A stretch of 64,000 bases of DNA from a virus. The first letter of the stretch is position 1. Each line of letters begins with the position of its first letter. The notes below the pieces were generated by a model, which saw nothing but the letters and a program-made list of their open reading frames with translations, was not told the DNA's origin and did no database searches. This document shows positions 36,098 to 46,354 of this stretch, piece after piece. The position numbers and the translations under genes were made by a program. The stretch is taken from the IMG/VR virus record IMGVR_UViG_3300028831_000229, positions 1 to 64,000 of that record, one strand, 5' to 3'.

Positions 36098-38425
36098 ATG
36101 TCCAGATCACCAGTCGAGTTCGCCGATACCAAGAAGAAAGCCCGTCGCTTCATGGACGAGCTGTACAAGGAGGCGTACCTCAACCGCCTCGACACGGCGA
36201 TGGACACCGAGTTCGACTTCAAGACGAACCAGATCGCCTTGATGTCGTACTCCTGGGGTCCAGGCATCCGCCGCGTCGTGCAAGGCGACCTCGTGTTGCC
36301 TCACTTCGGCGACTGGCTCGTGGACGACCAGTCGAAGATCGTCTACCAGAACCTCAAGGCCGACAAGGAGGTTATGGAAGAGGCCGGCATCGATGTCGTA
36401 CCCAGCTTCTACGCTGACATCATGATCACCGGCTGGCTTCATGACGAGACGCTCATGAAGCACGACCTCAAGACGCAGAGCGAGCACTGGTTGAAGGACC
36501 CGGATGCTCCAGCGAAGCCGTGGAGGCGAAAGCCGTACCAGCACCTCTTCGCCTACGTGCCGGAAGGCAAGAAGACGCCGATCGTAATGACGCCGTTCCA
36601 GGTGCTCTACGATCTGCCGCCCGATGCGCTGCGTAACGCCTTGAAAACACCAGGCGTGAAGTCCAAGAAGATCCCACCGACCACGGAGCCGCGCACGCGC
36701 GAGCAGTGGTTGCAGCTGATGCTCGACTACTCGGGTGACGACGCCGAGAGCACGGTGCTCAACCACCACGTACACAAGAAGTACCTCAAGCGCATCGGCT
36801 ACTGGAAGAACTACCTCGCGATCGACAGACCGTACACGCTCACGCTCCTCGCTCAGTCCGACCGCGGCGTGCTACTCGACATCCCGCGACTCAAGGTCAT
36901 CCTCCGCAAGATGGACGTGAAGATCATGCGCGCGGAGCGTGTGTTCCGAGCGTTAGCCGGCAACCCGAAGCTCAACCTGCGCAGCGGACCGCAGATGCAG
37001 GAGCTGCTCATCAACGAGTGGGGTTGGCCGGTGCGTGACGACTTCAAGACGGCGACCGGCGCAGCGAAGCTCAACAAGGAGGCGATGTACTGGTGGAGCG
37101 AAGAAGGCTACGAGATGGCCGACGTCAAGCTGGAGTTCAACAACGCTGCCACGATGAAGGGCACGTTCCTCCAAGGCTTGATCAACGGTGTCAGTGACGA
37201 CGGTCGCCTGCGTTCGGACTTCAACCAGATCGGCGCACGCACCGGTCGCATTTCTTCGCGGAAGGGCGTTGAGGAGGTCGAGGAGGAGTACACGCTGAAG
37301 AACGGCGTCACCAAGACGCGCACCAAGAAGGTGAAGGTCGGCGCGAACCTCCAGAACATCCCGAGCCGGAAGGAGAAGGATCCGGACGGCATCCGTGGTG
37401 CCTTCATCGCACCGAAGGCTGGACAGATCACAGCGTGGGGCGACGTGGCGGACGAAGACCACGTGCTCATCGTCTGCGACTTCAGCGGCTTCGAGCTGTG
37501 CATGGCGATTCACTGGGCGTCCAGCCTGGTGAAGGACTCGCCGATGCTCAAGGTGATGCACAAGTACGGTTCGCCGAGCGCGTGCCACGCGTTCACCGCG
37601 ATCAACCTCTACGCCGAGCACGTTCACCGCTGCGACTCCAGCTGCTACGAGGTTGACAAGAAGACCAAGCTCGTGGTGATGGGCGCAGACGGCAAGCCGG
37701 TCTTCAAGAAGTTCCACGCCGACGGTCAGAAGATCAAGCTCGGCAAGATCAAGATGGACGACTGGAAGATGGTGAAGGCGCTCTTCCCTGACCAGTACCT
37801 CATCTCGAAGAACAACAACTTCAACCTGCTGTACGGCGGCTCGCCCAAGATGATGGCGCGGCTTCGCGGTCTCGACTTCCGAGACGAGGCGGTGCTGGAC
37901 GAGTGTCGCGAGCAGGCGCAGGCATGGAACGACCTCTACCAGGAGATCCCGATCTACCAGCGCTTCATGGTGGACCACGGTTACGAAGAAGGCTGGGTCC
38001 CAGTGCTCGGCGGCTGGCACGCGAACGTCGCGAACGGTCTCGCAGGCAAGGACAGCAACGGCAAATTCGTCTCGGACGAGGACAAGCGCAAGCGTCTCAT
38101 CGCTCACTGGGAACGCGTGTGCATGAACACGCCGTGCCAAGGCAGCGCGAGCTGGATCGTGAAGATGGCGCAGATCCTGTGCGAACGTGATCAGCGTCTT
38201 CGCGAGATGCGTTGCGCGCAGCTGTTCCCGGTGCACGATGAGCTGGTCTTCGAGGTGCCGAAGCGCTTCGCGCAGGAGTGCCTGCCGATCGTGATCGGCA
38301 ACATGAAGAAACCGTTCGCTCCTGGTTCGAGCGGCAAGAAGCATCCCAAGCCTCACGAGGAACTCGCCTTCCTGATGGACGTGGAAGGCATGATCGGTGA
38401 GAACTGGTTGCAAGCGAAGGGCTAA
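36098..38425 (+). CDS. Family A DNA polymerase with 3'-5' exonuclease
   Basis: DTE exonuclease motif; TGRISS, NLQNIP, CDFSGFEL, KNNNFNLLYG, NTPCQG, VHDELVFE. Confidence 0.93.
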   Translation: MSRSPVEFADTKKKARRFMDELYKEAYLNRLDTAMDTEFDFKTNQIALMSYSWGPGIRRVVQGDLVLPHFGDWLVDDQSKIVYQNLKADKEVMEEAGIDVVPSFYADIMITGWLHDETLMKHDLKTQSEHWLKDPDAPAKPWRRKPYQHLFAYVPEGKKTPIVMTPFQVLYDLPPDALRNALKTPGVKSKKIPPTTEPRTREQWLQLMLDYSGDDAESTVLNHHVHKKYLKRIGYWKNYLAIDRPYTLTLLAQSDRGVLLDIPRLKVILRKMDVKIMRAERVFRALAGNPKLNLRSGPQMQELLINEWGWPVRDDFKTATGAAKLNKEAMYWWSEEGYEMADVKLEFNNAATMKGTFLQGLINGVSDDGRLRSDFNQIGARTGRISSRKGVEEVEEEYTLKNGVTKTRTKKVKVGANLQNIPSRKEKDPDGIRGAFIAPKAGQITAWGDVADEDHVLIVCDFSGFELCMAIHWASSLVKDSPMLKVMHKYGSPSACHAFTAINLYAEHVHRCDSSCYEVDKKTKLVVMGADGKPVFKKFHADGQKIKLGKIKMDDWKMVKALFPDQYLISKNNNFNLLYGGSPKMMARLRGLDFRDEAVLDECREQAQAWNDLYQEIPIYQRFMVDHGYEEGWVPVLGGWHANVANGLAGKDSNGKFVSDEDKRKRLIAHWERVCMNTPCQGSASWIVKMAQILCERDQRLREMRCAQLFPVHDELVFEVPKRFAQECLPIVIGNMKKPFAPGSSGKKHPKPHEELAFLMDVEGMIGENWLQAKG

Positions 38426-38446
38426 GGCCCGGAAGGAGAAGAGGAG

Positions 38447-38791
38447 ATGCACACCAAGGTCGGCATGATTTCCACTAGACTCACAGAAGCCGAGCGCAAG
38501 AAGATGTATGACCTCGCGCAGCGAGGCGTCAAGTTGTGCAAGGTGGTCCCGTCACGCGGCGGCATGTTACTCACGTACCTGTTTGACTACCTCTCCCGTG
38601 CGATGGTTGCGCTCGCTGCCAGCGAGCTGCGTGTCAACCACGCCGAGCGCGAGCTTCGCGAGCTGCGTACCGAGAACGCCCAGCTCAGCGAGCAGCTGCG
38701 TCTCGCGAAGGCCGACATGCCGCCGGAGCGGTTCGAGGAAGACACACGCACCGGCACAGCGAACCCGTTCGCCGAAGGCAGCCGGCCGTGA
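38447..38791 (+). CDS. Hypothetical protein with coiled coil
   Basis: Strong purine-rich RBS; N-terminus loosely RHH-like. Confidence 0.5.
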   Translation: MHTKVGMISTRLTEAERKKMYDLAQRGVKLCKVVPSRGGMLLTYLFDYLSRAMVALAASELRVNHAERELRELRTENAQLSEQLRLAKADMPPERFEEDTRTGTANPFAEGSRP

Positions 38792-39270
38792 CGCCGAAGC
38801 GGATGATGGCGCATCGCTTCTGGCAGAAGCGCGAGGTCGGTCGCGTGAAGGCGCTGCATCCGCAGACCAAGGCGGAGATCTACGTCAACCCGCAGCGTGA
38901 TGCGCTCATCTCTTCCGACCTCGACATGGAGCTGCGTCGCTTGCCAGGCACGTTGTCCTGGTACCTGGCGCTCAAGACTGCGGCGAAGACCGCTCTCGAT
39001 GAAGCGAAGCACAACGAGCACAACGTCAGTGAAGACCTGTACGCTCAGAAGCGTGCAGAGAGAGGAGCCGCGAAGACCACAGAGACAGAGCTGAAGATGC
39101 TGGTGAAGGTCGACCCCAAGATGCGCCGAGCGTTCCGCAAGCGCATGGAGGCGGAAGAGATGCTGCGCAACATGGAGGACGCAGTCGAGCAGATCCAGAG
39201 CAAGAAGTGGACGCTTCGTGATCTCGTCCAGCTCATGCTCGCCGAACGCGGAACGAAAGATCACATCTAA
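38788..39270 (+). CDS. UvsY-like recombination mediator
   Basis: Helical TETELKMLVKVDP..AVEQIQSKKWTLRDL resembles the T4 UvsY C-terminus; adjacent to SSB and RecA. Confidence 0.55.
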   Translation: MTPKRMMAHRFWQKREVGRVKALHPQTKAEIYVNPQRDALISSDLDMELRRLPGTLSWYLALKTAAKTALDEAKHNEHNVSEDLYAQKRAERGAAKTTETELKMLVKVDPKMRRAFRKRMEAEEMLRNMEDAVEQIQSKKWTLRDLVQLMLAERGTKDHI

Positions 39271-39311
39271 CGACCGTAATGCCCTTTGAGGCCGGATGGT
39301 CCATCAGGAGA

Positions 39312-40271
39312 ATGAACGTGAAGAAGGACAAGTCGAAGAAGAAGTCGAAGAGCGGTGGTGACGATGACCTGCGCAAGATGCGCGAGCGCCACCAGCGCCT
39401 CAAGGAGCGCTCGGAGAACCCCGGTGGCGGAGGCGGAGAGAAGCGCTTCGATGAACTGAAGGTCGGCAAGAACCTGCGTCGTGTGCTGCCGCGGCTCGTG
39501 GACGGCAAGATCAACCCGCAGTTCTACACAGAATCGTTGATGCACTTCAAGGTCGGTCCGAATCAGTGGACCGTCCGGTGCATCGGCGACAAGTTCATCG
39601 ACAAGAAGTCAGGACGTCCGACGCCCGGCACGCCGTGTCCGATCTGCAAGAAGTTCCTGAAGGAGCAGGATCGGGTCAACAGCGAGTACGGCAAGGGCGA
39701 CGAGGAAGGCAAGCACGAGTGGAAGAAGGCGAAGGAAGCCTACTGCCCACGCGTCCGCTACTACTTCAACGTCATCGACGGCGAAGGCGAGGTCAAGCTC
39801 CACAGCTGCGGCGACCAGATCATGGAGCAGCTTCTCGGCTATTTCTTCGAGGACGACTCCGACGTCGGTGACTTCACCGCGGTCGACGGCGGCTCGTGGA
39901 TGAACTTCAAGCGCATCGGGGACGGCCGGAACACGAAGTACAAGGTCTTTCCCGGTGACCCGGCTCCGATCGAAGACCAGTGGGACACCGTCAAGGACAT
40001 GCTCCACGATCTCGAGGCTGCCAAAGGCGAGGTGCGCACCGCCGAACAGATCGTCAACATCATGAAGGGCGTCAAGGAGGAGGACGACGAGTCCGACGAC
40101 TCCAGCGATGACGAAGAGGAGGAGGAGGACGAAGACGAGGAGCAGGAAGACGACGAGAGCGAGGAGGAAGCGGAGGACGATGACGAGGACGACGAAGACG
40201 AGCGCCCCATCAAGTCCTCCAAGCTGAGCAAGAAGATGAAGTCGAAGCTCAAGAAGAAAAGCAGGAGGTAA
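39312..40271 (+). CDS. gp32-like single-stranded DNA-binding protein
   Basis: GKNLRRVLP, H..C..CPIC Zn site, RYYFNVID, G.G.NTKY, acidic tail. Confidence 0.75.
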   Translation: MNVKKDKSKKKSKSGGDDDLRKMRERHQRLKERSENPGGGGGEKRFDELKVGKNLRRVLPRLVDGKINPQFYTESLMHFKVGPNQWTVRCIGDKFIDKKSGRPTPGTPCPICKKFLKEQDRVNSEYGKGDEEGKHEWKKAKEAYCPRVRYYFNVIDGEGEVKLHSCGDQIMEQLLGYFFEDDSDVGDFTAVDGGSWMNFKRIGDGRNTKYKVFPGDPAPIEDQWDTVKDMLHDLEAAKGEVRTAEQIVNIMKGVKEEDDESDDSSDDEEEEEDEDEEQEDDESEEEAEDDDEDDEDERPIKSSKLSKKMKSKLKKKSRR

Positions 40272-40273
40272 CC

Positions 40274-40510
40274 ATGCCCGTCGTCACTTACAAGCTCGGA
40301 GACATCGTGCGGTGCAAGCGCTGCAAGCGCCTGTACGAGATGAACGTGTGCGGCTCGTGCAGCGAGCAGCACCCGATCGCTGTCGACATGCCGTTCCACA
40401 CGGTGGTCGACCACGTGGAGGAGTTCTGCGTCGAGTGCATCACGCCGGAAGAGCTGGCACTCATCGCCTACCATGCGCGTGAGCGCGTCCACGGAGCGCA
40501 AGCCAACTAG
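40274..40510 (+). CDS. Small Zn-finger protein
   Basis: Three CxxC pairs. Confidence 0.5.
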   Translation: MPVVTYKLGDIVRCKRCKRLYEMNVCGSCSEQHPIAVDMPFHTVVDHVEEFCVECITPEELALIAYHARERVHGAQAN

Positions 40511-40566
40511 CGAGACCGCGGCAAGCCGCCTGTACAGCGGCTTCTCGCCCTCTCATCGGAGGACGC

Positions 40567-41538
40567 ATGGCGAAGACGAAAGAGAAGCGGATCGACATCT
40601 TCAAGGAGATGGAGCGGCGGCGCAAGGAGCACGTCCGTGCTGCCGTCAAGCTCAAGGCCGCTCGCGACGCGGCGATGCTGAAGATCCGCGAGAAGTACGG
40701 CATCGCCCCACTCGCGGGATCTCGTGCGAAGAACATCCTGACGATTCCGTCAGGCCACCAGCGGCTGGATGACCTGCTCACCGGCACGACCGACAAGACG
40801 CACGAGACGGTCGAAGGCAGCGGCGGCGGCTGGCCGCGCGGTCGCATCATCGAGATCTACGGCCCGGAGTCGTGCGGCAAGACGACCATGACGCTGGAGA
40901 TCATCAAGGCTGCGCAGACCGCCGGTCTTCGCTGTGCGTTCATCGACGCCGAGCACGCGCTTCATGCCGGGTACGCCGCGAAGATCGGCGTCGACCTTGA
41001 TGCGCTGGAGTTCGAGCAACCCAGCAGCGCGGAGGAGGCGTTCGACCTCGGCATTGATCTGGCGAAGGCGCAAGCCGTTGACGTCATCGTCATCGACTCG
41101 GTGTCAGCGTTGGAGCCCGAGGCCGAAGACGAGGAGGATATGAAGAAGAGCAGCGTCGCCCTCCAAGCCCGGCTGATGTCGAAGGGCTTGCGCAAGCTCG
41201 TCAAGCACGTCTCAGACGCCGGCATCCTCATGGTGTTCGTGAACCAGACGCGCAAGAAGATCGGCGTGCGGTTCGGCAATCCGAACACCACGAGCGGCGG
41301 CAACGCGCTCCGCTTCTACGCGAGCATCCGGCTCGACATGGTGCGCGTGAAGACGCTCAAGAAGGGCGACAAGAAGTTCGGCATCCGCACCAAGGTGCAG
41401 ACCGTGAAGAACAAGGTTGCGCCGCCGTTCCGCGAGGTCCACATCGACATCCACAACAAGGTCGGCATCGCGGAAGTGCACGGCGATTTCATCCCAGGCG
41501 GGAAGGGAAGCTCAGGAGGTGATGACGATGACGAGTAG
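40567..41538 (+). CDS. recA: RecA recombinase
   Basis: [62 protein letters not shown]. Confidence 0.95.
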   Translation: MAKTKEKRIDIFKEMERRRKEHVRAAVKLKAARDAAMLKIREKYGIAPLAGSRAKNILTIPSGHQRLDDLLTGTTDKTHETVEGSGGGWPRGRIIEIYGPESCGKTTMTLEIIKAAQTAGLRCAFIDAEHALHAGYAAKIGVDLDALEFEQPSSAEEAFDLGIDLAKAQAVDVIVIDSVSALEPEAEDEEDMKKSSVALQARLMSKGLRKLVKHVSDAGILMVFVNQTRKKIGVRFGNPNTTSGGNALRFYASIRLDMVRVKTLKKGDKKFGIRTKVQTVKNKVAPPFREVHIDIHNKVGIAEVHGDFIPGGKGSSGGDDDDE

Positions 41539-41767
41539 GTGGCGAAGGTTTGCCCAGTGGTTGAATCTGAAGCTGATGCCGAACAGGCCGTGCAGCTTCT
41601 GGCGCCGCAACAAGACACGCTACGAGGCGAGTCGTCGTTTGTACAAAGGCGATCCGGCGATGCGCCTCTTGGTCGACGTGCTCGCACACCCCACGCCGGC
41701 AGAGCGTGCGGAAGACGAAGCAGATCCGAAGTGCGGCAAGTGCAAGACCTGCACCGCGCCGCCGTGA
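41528..41767 (+). CDS. Hypothetical protein
   Basis: Overlaps the recA stop; GGAGG upstream. Confidence 0.4.
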   Translation: MTSRWRRFAQWLNLKLMPNRPCSFWRRNKTRYEASRRLYKGDPAMRLLVDVLAHPTPAERAEDEADPKCGKCKTCTAPP

Positions 41768-41789
41768 CCGCTCACCCAAGGAGACTACG

Positions 41790-42089
41790 ATGATGAAGAA
41801 GAGCGTGAAGACGAAGAAGCAACCGCGCCCCGTGTCCGACAAGGTCAAGGAGGCGCACCACGGTGTCATCGCAGCCACGGCGATCGAAGAGATCGCTGGT
41901 GCTGCGCTGCTCAACGGTGAGATCGGCAAAGCGGTCGAGATGCGCGATTACCGCAGGGTGGTCGAGCTGACCAGGCAGGCTGCCGCGCACTACAACCGCA
42001 TCGACCGTGCCACCACTTCGGCGATGGTCCAGCTCAACTACGACGGCATGGACAGCTCTCAGTACGAAGACGATGACGACGATCTGTGA
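41790..42089 (+). CDS. Hypothetical protein
   Basis: GGAG RBS. Confidence 0.5.
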   Translation: MMKKSVKTKKQPRPVSDKVKEAHHGVIAATAIEEIAGAALLNGEIGKAVEMRDYRRVVELTRQAAAHYNRIDRATTSAMVQLNYDGMDSSQYEDDDDDL

Positions 42090-42159
42090 AGGCTGTGACT
42101 GCCCGATTGACGGCAAGTACCTTCACGATTTTTGCAACACGCAACAAGGAGAAGAGCAG

Positions 42160-44469
42160 ATGAAGAACGTCAACAGCTACAAGGTCTCGAACAACCTCTA
42201 CATCAACAGCCTGCGCGTCGGTAGCGCGCCCAAGAAGAGCGCGCCCACCAGCATCAACCACATCGTGGTAGTCGACTGCTCCGGCTCGATGTACGGCCAG
42301 CTCGACAAGCTGCGTGCGCACGTCAAGGCGAAGGTGCCGACGCTCGTGCGCGAAGGCGACACGCTGAGCCTGGTTTGGTTCAGTGGGCGCGGCGAGTTCG
42401 GTCCGATCCTCGAAGGCGCGTCGGTGGCAACGCTGCGCGACCTCACGAAGATCAACACGGCGATCGACCGCTGGCTCCAGCCGCACGGCTTGACCGGCTT
42501 CAAGGAGCCGCTCGAGGAGGTCACCCGGATGATCGGACGCATCCAGAAGACCAACAACAATCAGTTCTCGCTGTTCTTCATGAGCGACGGCATGGACAAC
42601 CAGTGGAACCGTGCCGACGTCCTCAAGACGGTCGAGACCGCGGCGAAGGGGCTCGTGTCGAGCACGTTCGTCGAGTACGGCTACTACGCCGACCGACAGA
42701 TGCTCAGCGCGATGGCTGCGAAGGCGGGCGGTCAGCTGATCCACTGCGACTCGTTCCAGGACTTCGAGCCGGCGTTGGAGCAGGCGATCACCAAACAGGT
42801 CAACGCCGGCTTGCGTGCCGAGGTCGGTGTCCCGAGCCACGCAGTTGGTGGCATCGTCTTCGAGATGACGGATGGCAACGAGCTGGTCACCTACGATGCC
42901 ACGAGCGGCACCGCGCTGGTGGACACCAACACGCAGCACCTGTGGTTCCTGAGCACGAAGCCCGAAGGTCAGGAGCCGCCGCTCACCGACACCGCCTGGG
43001 CGGCGCAGTACGCCGCGCTGTCGCTCTTCGCGGTGCGGATGAAGCCGGACATCATCTTCCCGCTGCTCAAGAGCACCGGCGACGTCCGCTTCATCAAGGC
43101 GTTCGCGAACTGCTTCGGCAAGCAGGCGTACAACACGTTCATGGATGCCGCCAAGGCAGCGGCGTTCGACTCCGCGCTCCGCTACCAGGAAGGCCACAAC
43201 CCGGCACTCGTGCCGGCCGAGGACGCGTTCACCGTCTTCGATCTGCTCAAGCTGCTGGAGCAGGACGACCACACCAAGCTGCTGCTGGACGACCCGGCGT
43301 TCGACTACAGCAAGATCTCCAGGGCGATGCTCAACGCGGACGAGAACCTGTCCGCGGCCGAGCAGGACCAGGTCGCCAAGCTGATCGCAGCGATGGCGAA
43401 GGAGAAGAACGCCGCGAAGCTGAAGACGTTGCAGGAGCAGCTCACGGCGATCACCAGCAAGAAGCGCGAGGCGTTGAAGTTCACGGCGGACCCGCAGCCG
43501 GACGGCTACGACATCTCGTCGCTCACCTACAACGAGGAGAGCCCGAACATCTCGGTCCTAGTCAAGAAGACCGGCACGGTGGACATCGCGCCGCGGCGTG
43601 CGGAGCTGGACAAGCTCGGCGTGTTGTCGAACGACAATGTGGTGCCGCCTAGCAACTTCCCGACGTTCATCTACCGCAACTACGCCATCGTCGCGCACGG
43701 CATCGTCAACGTGAAGCAGCTACCCGTGATGGTGAGCGACGCCGTCTGGAAGAAGCTCATCGAGAACAACGTGCGCTTCACCGGCGTGCTCAGCAGCGGC
43801 GAGACCACCAGCAAGGCGGTCATCGACCTGACGTCGCTCCCCATCATCAACCGCCAGATGGTCAAGTCCGTGACGCTGGCCGACACCGCGCAGCTGGCGT
43901 TCCATCTCGAGGCGGCGCGCGCCTCGCAGAAGGTCTTCAAGGACTACGTCAAGACCCGCTATCCGGGCGAGAAGCTCGTGGCATTCAACGCGAAGTATGG
44001 CACGACCGCCGCGCAGTGGCTCAAGGACAACGGCATCACCGAGTACAGCGGCTTCAACCCGCCGAAGGTGCAAGCCGAGTCCACCGACTTCATCATGGGC
44101 AAGGAGTTGAGCATCAAGCTCAAGGGCTATTCGTCCCTGCCGCCGGTCGAGAAAGTCCGCGAGAAGATGGCGAAGCAGGGAGCCAAGCTCAACGGACCGG
44201 AGACGCTGATGGTCTCTGCGATCCACGAGGTCGAGGAGTTCCTGGCCAAGAACCCGGAGAAGCTCCACAAGAACTGGCTCACCGGCAAGGAGAAGATGAA
44301 CCAGGCGTACGTTCGCTCGCTCTCGCACCAGCTGTCGCAGATCGCGTTCAGCATTATCGTCGGCCAGACGTGGTTCAGCGACTGCCCCACGCTGGACGAC
44401 AAGACCGTCACGCTCGCCAACGGCGTGATCGCGACGGCGGAGCTGAAGGAAGTCGAGATCAAGCTGTGA
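42160..44469 (+). CDS. Large VWA-domain protein
   Basis: VVDCSGSM MIDAS, LVWFS, GLTGF, FMSDG. Confidence 0.8.
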   Translation: MKNVNSYKVSNNLYINSLRVGSAPKKSAPTSINHIVVVDCSGSMYGQLDKLRAHVKAKVPTLVREGDTLSLVWFSGRGEFGPILEGASVATLRDLTKINTAIDRWLQPHGLTGFKEPLEEVTRMIGRIQKTNNNQFSLFFMSDGMDNQWNRADVLKTVETAAKGLVSSTFVEYGYYADRQMLSAMAAKAGGQLIHCDSFQDFEPALEQAITKQVNAGLRAEVGVPSHAVGGIVFEMTDGNELVTYDATSGTALVDTNTQHLWFLSTKPEGQEPPLTDTAWAAQYAALSLFAVRMKPDIIFPLLKSTGDVRFIKAFANCFGKQAYNTFMDAAKAAAFDSALRYQEGHNPALVPAEDAFTVFDLLKLLEQDDHTKLLLDDPAFDYSKISRAMLNADENLSAAEQDQVAKLIAAMAKEKNAAKLKTLQEQLTAITSKKREALKFTADPQPDGYDISSLTYNEESPNISVLVKKTGTVDIAPRRAELDKLGVLSNDNVVPPSNFPTFIYRNYAIVAHGIVNVKQLPVMVSDAVWKKLIENNVRFTGVLSSGETTSKAVIDLTSLPIINRQMVKSVTLADTAQLAFHLEAARASQKVFKDYVKTRYPGEKLVAFNAKYGTTAAQWLKDNGITEYSGFNPPKVQAESTDFIMGKELSIKLKGYSSLPPVEKVREKMAKQGAKLNGPETLMVSAIHEVEEFLAKNPEKLHKNWLTGKEKMNQAYVRSLSHQLSQIAFSIIVGQTWFSDCPTLDDKTVTLANGVIATAELKEVEIKL

Positions 44470-44810
44470 GCCGTCGCTGCCGCACCGTTCCAGTAGCGCA
44501 GCTGGAGTTCCACGAAGGTGGAAATACCCTCTGGGTCCATGGCCCGGACGGTGGCACAGTCCTGCGCATCAAGACCATGGGGCGGATCGTGGTCGACAAC
44601 AACTGCGCGTCACCGACGCCGCACGGTGACATCATCGTCAACAGCGACATCCATCTGTGCATCAATGCGCCGAAGCGTCGCGCGAAGAAGCCGGTCGTCA
44701 CGGCGCGTCCTGACGGGACGATCGACGGCGTGTTTGATGCCGGTCACGTGGCGGCAGCGTTCGGCGCTACGCTTCGACGCACGCGTCGAGGCAAGGAGAA
44801 GCGCAAGTGA
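44466..44810 (+). CDS. Hypothetical protein
   Basis: GTGA coupling. Confidence 0.5.
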   Translation: MSRRCRTVPVAQLEFHEGGNTLWVHGPDGGTVLRIKTMGRIVVDNNCASPTPHGDIIVNSDIHLCINAPKRRAKKPVVTARPDGTIDGVFDAGHVAAAFGATLRRTRRGKEKRK

Positions 44811-44980
44811 ATAACCGACTCAAGCGCATGGACGAGCTGATCGACATGATCGCCAGCAACGATACGAAAGGCTGCCCCGATCCGGTCGGTGGTGGTTGCA
44901 TGGGGCGCTACTGCACTACGTGCGCCGTGCGTGAGCTGCGATCGCACATGCGAGACCTCCACAAGGAGACACCGCGATGA
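44807..44980 (+). CDS. Small Cys-containing protein, 57 aa
   Basis: GTGA/ATGA coupling on both sides; translated by hand. Confidence 0.45.
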   Translation: MNNRLKRMDELIDMIASNDTKGCPDPVGGGCMGRYCTTCAVRELRSHMRDLHKETPR

Positions 44981-45375
44981 AGCGCTTGCTCACCGTACAC
45001 GGCAGCAGCAACGTGAAGATGATCGGCTACGACCAGGCGACGCGCGAGCTGGACGTCGTCTACCACGCTACGCCCGACATCGTGTACCGCTTCCAGGACA
45101 TCACGGCGCAGGCGTTCTGTGGCGTGATCGCAGCTGACTCGGTCGGCACCGCGTTGGCCGTTGCGGTTAAGCTCAAGGCGCATCGCAAGCACGGTCTGCC
45201 CGAGAGCGGCGACCACGACACGCCGGCCAGCGTCAAAAGCGGGCCGGTCGAGGTCACGGTGCCGCGTCACATCGCACAGACGACGCGCGGTCCGCTTCCT
45301 CAGAAGCCGCAACCGCCGCCGATGACCGACCAAGAAGCGTTCGACGCCGTCACCAACCGCCCGAAGAAGCTGTAG
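44977..45375 (+). CDS. KTSC-domain protein
   Basis: SSNVKMIGYDQATRELDVVY..VYRFQDI..AADSVG. Confidence 0.8.
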   Translation: MKRLLTVHGSSNVKMIGYDQATRELDVVYHATPDIVYRFQDITAQAFCGVIAADSVGTALAVAVKLKAHRKHGLPESGDHDTPASVKSGPVEVTVPRHIAQTTRGPLPQKPQPPPMTDQEAFDAVTNRPKKL

Positions 45376-45400
45376 ACTCTGATCTCAGAAAGGATCAACG

Positions 45401-45925
45401 ATGCCTCTCATCTATGGACTGCTCATCGCTCTCGCTGTCGCAGGCGCCGGTGTCTGCGTCGGCGTGCTCATCACACGGTCGCGTCGCAAGCGCGCCGAAC
45501 CGGACGACGAGATGACCAAGGTCGTGCCGTTCTACACCGACCCGTACCGTACGTCGGTCAAGCCGCCGGCGCCTCGGCGCAACGCCAGGCAGATGACCGC
45601 GGTCGCGGACGACGACATGGTGCTCGACCCCAATGTGCCTGCGCTGATCAAGCGCCACGTACCGGACGAAGAGACCAGCGTCATGACGACGCCGCACCTC
45701 GAGCAGATGCGCACCATGCTCATGACCCACACGGACGACGCGCCTCGACACGTTCATCCGCACACGGTGCCTCATCACGACCACGGCAGCAGCAACGTGT
45801 GCGCCGAGGCGCCGGTGCACTCGCCGTCTCACGCCGGTCACGACGTCAACAGCCCGTTCGATCACGGTCACTGCTCCACCGACTTCGGCGGCGGTGGCTT
45901 CGACGGCGGCGGTCACCACCACTGA
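45401..45925 (+). CDS. Membrane-anchored protein with His/Gly-rich tail
   Basis: N-terminal TM segment; C-terminal ..DFGGGGFDGGGHHH. Confidence 0.55.
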   Translation: MPLIYGLLIALAVAGAGVCVGVLITRSRRKRAEPDDEMTKVVPFYTDPYRTSVKPPAPRRNARQMTAVADDDMVLDPNVPALIKRHVPDEETSVMTTPHLEQMRTMLMTHTDDAPRHVHPHTVPHHDHGSSNVCAEAPVHSPSHAGHDVNSPFDHGHCSTDFGGGGFDGGGHHH

Positions 45926-45949
45926 CACCCAGTACAAGGAGAGAAGAAG

Positions 45950-46312
45950 ATGCCCAGGATGTTCGTCGCGTTCCGAACCGACAGCGAGGAAGAGCCGCAG
46001 CGCCTCGCTGACGGTAGCAACGCCAACATGAAGAAGCGCTTGCGCGCCTACCTCGACACGTCGTGGTGCGTGGCCTTCTACGTCATCAAGCCCGACGTCA
46101 AGACCATCGCGCAGATCATCGAAGACCTGTCCGAGGTCGAAGCGACCGAGGCGCAGCACTACCGCGTCAACGCGCACGGCCAGGTGCGGAAGATCGACGC
46201 GCCGGAAGGCTCCGCGAACGTCACCGCCCCGGATGACGAGGACGAGGAGGAAGAGGAGAAGCCGCGCAAGAAGGCCAAGAAGAAGTCCAAGAAGTCGAAG
46301 TCGAAGAAGTAG
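45950..46312 (+). CDS. Hypothetical protein
   Basis: Purine-rich RBS; acidic then basic tail. Confidence 0.55.
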   Translation: MPRMFVAFRTDSEEEPQRLADGSNANMKKRLRAYLDTSWCVAFYVIKPDVKTIAQIIEDLSEVEATEAQHYRVNAHGQVRKIDAPEGSANVTAPDDEDEEEEEKPRKKAKKKSKKSKSKK

Positions 46313-46354
46313 CTCCGTCGTCACGACGACACCACGAGAAGAGGAGAGAGCGGC

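Noticed and set aside
37615-37770. Possible intein in the polymerase fingers
   Set aside because: The insert is only about 50 aa and lacks the terminal His-Asn plus Cys/Ser/Thr; no inteins evident in DnaB, RNR, RecA or TerL either
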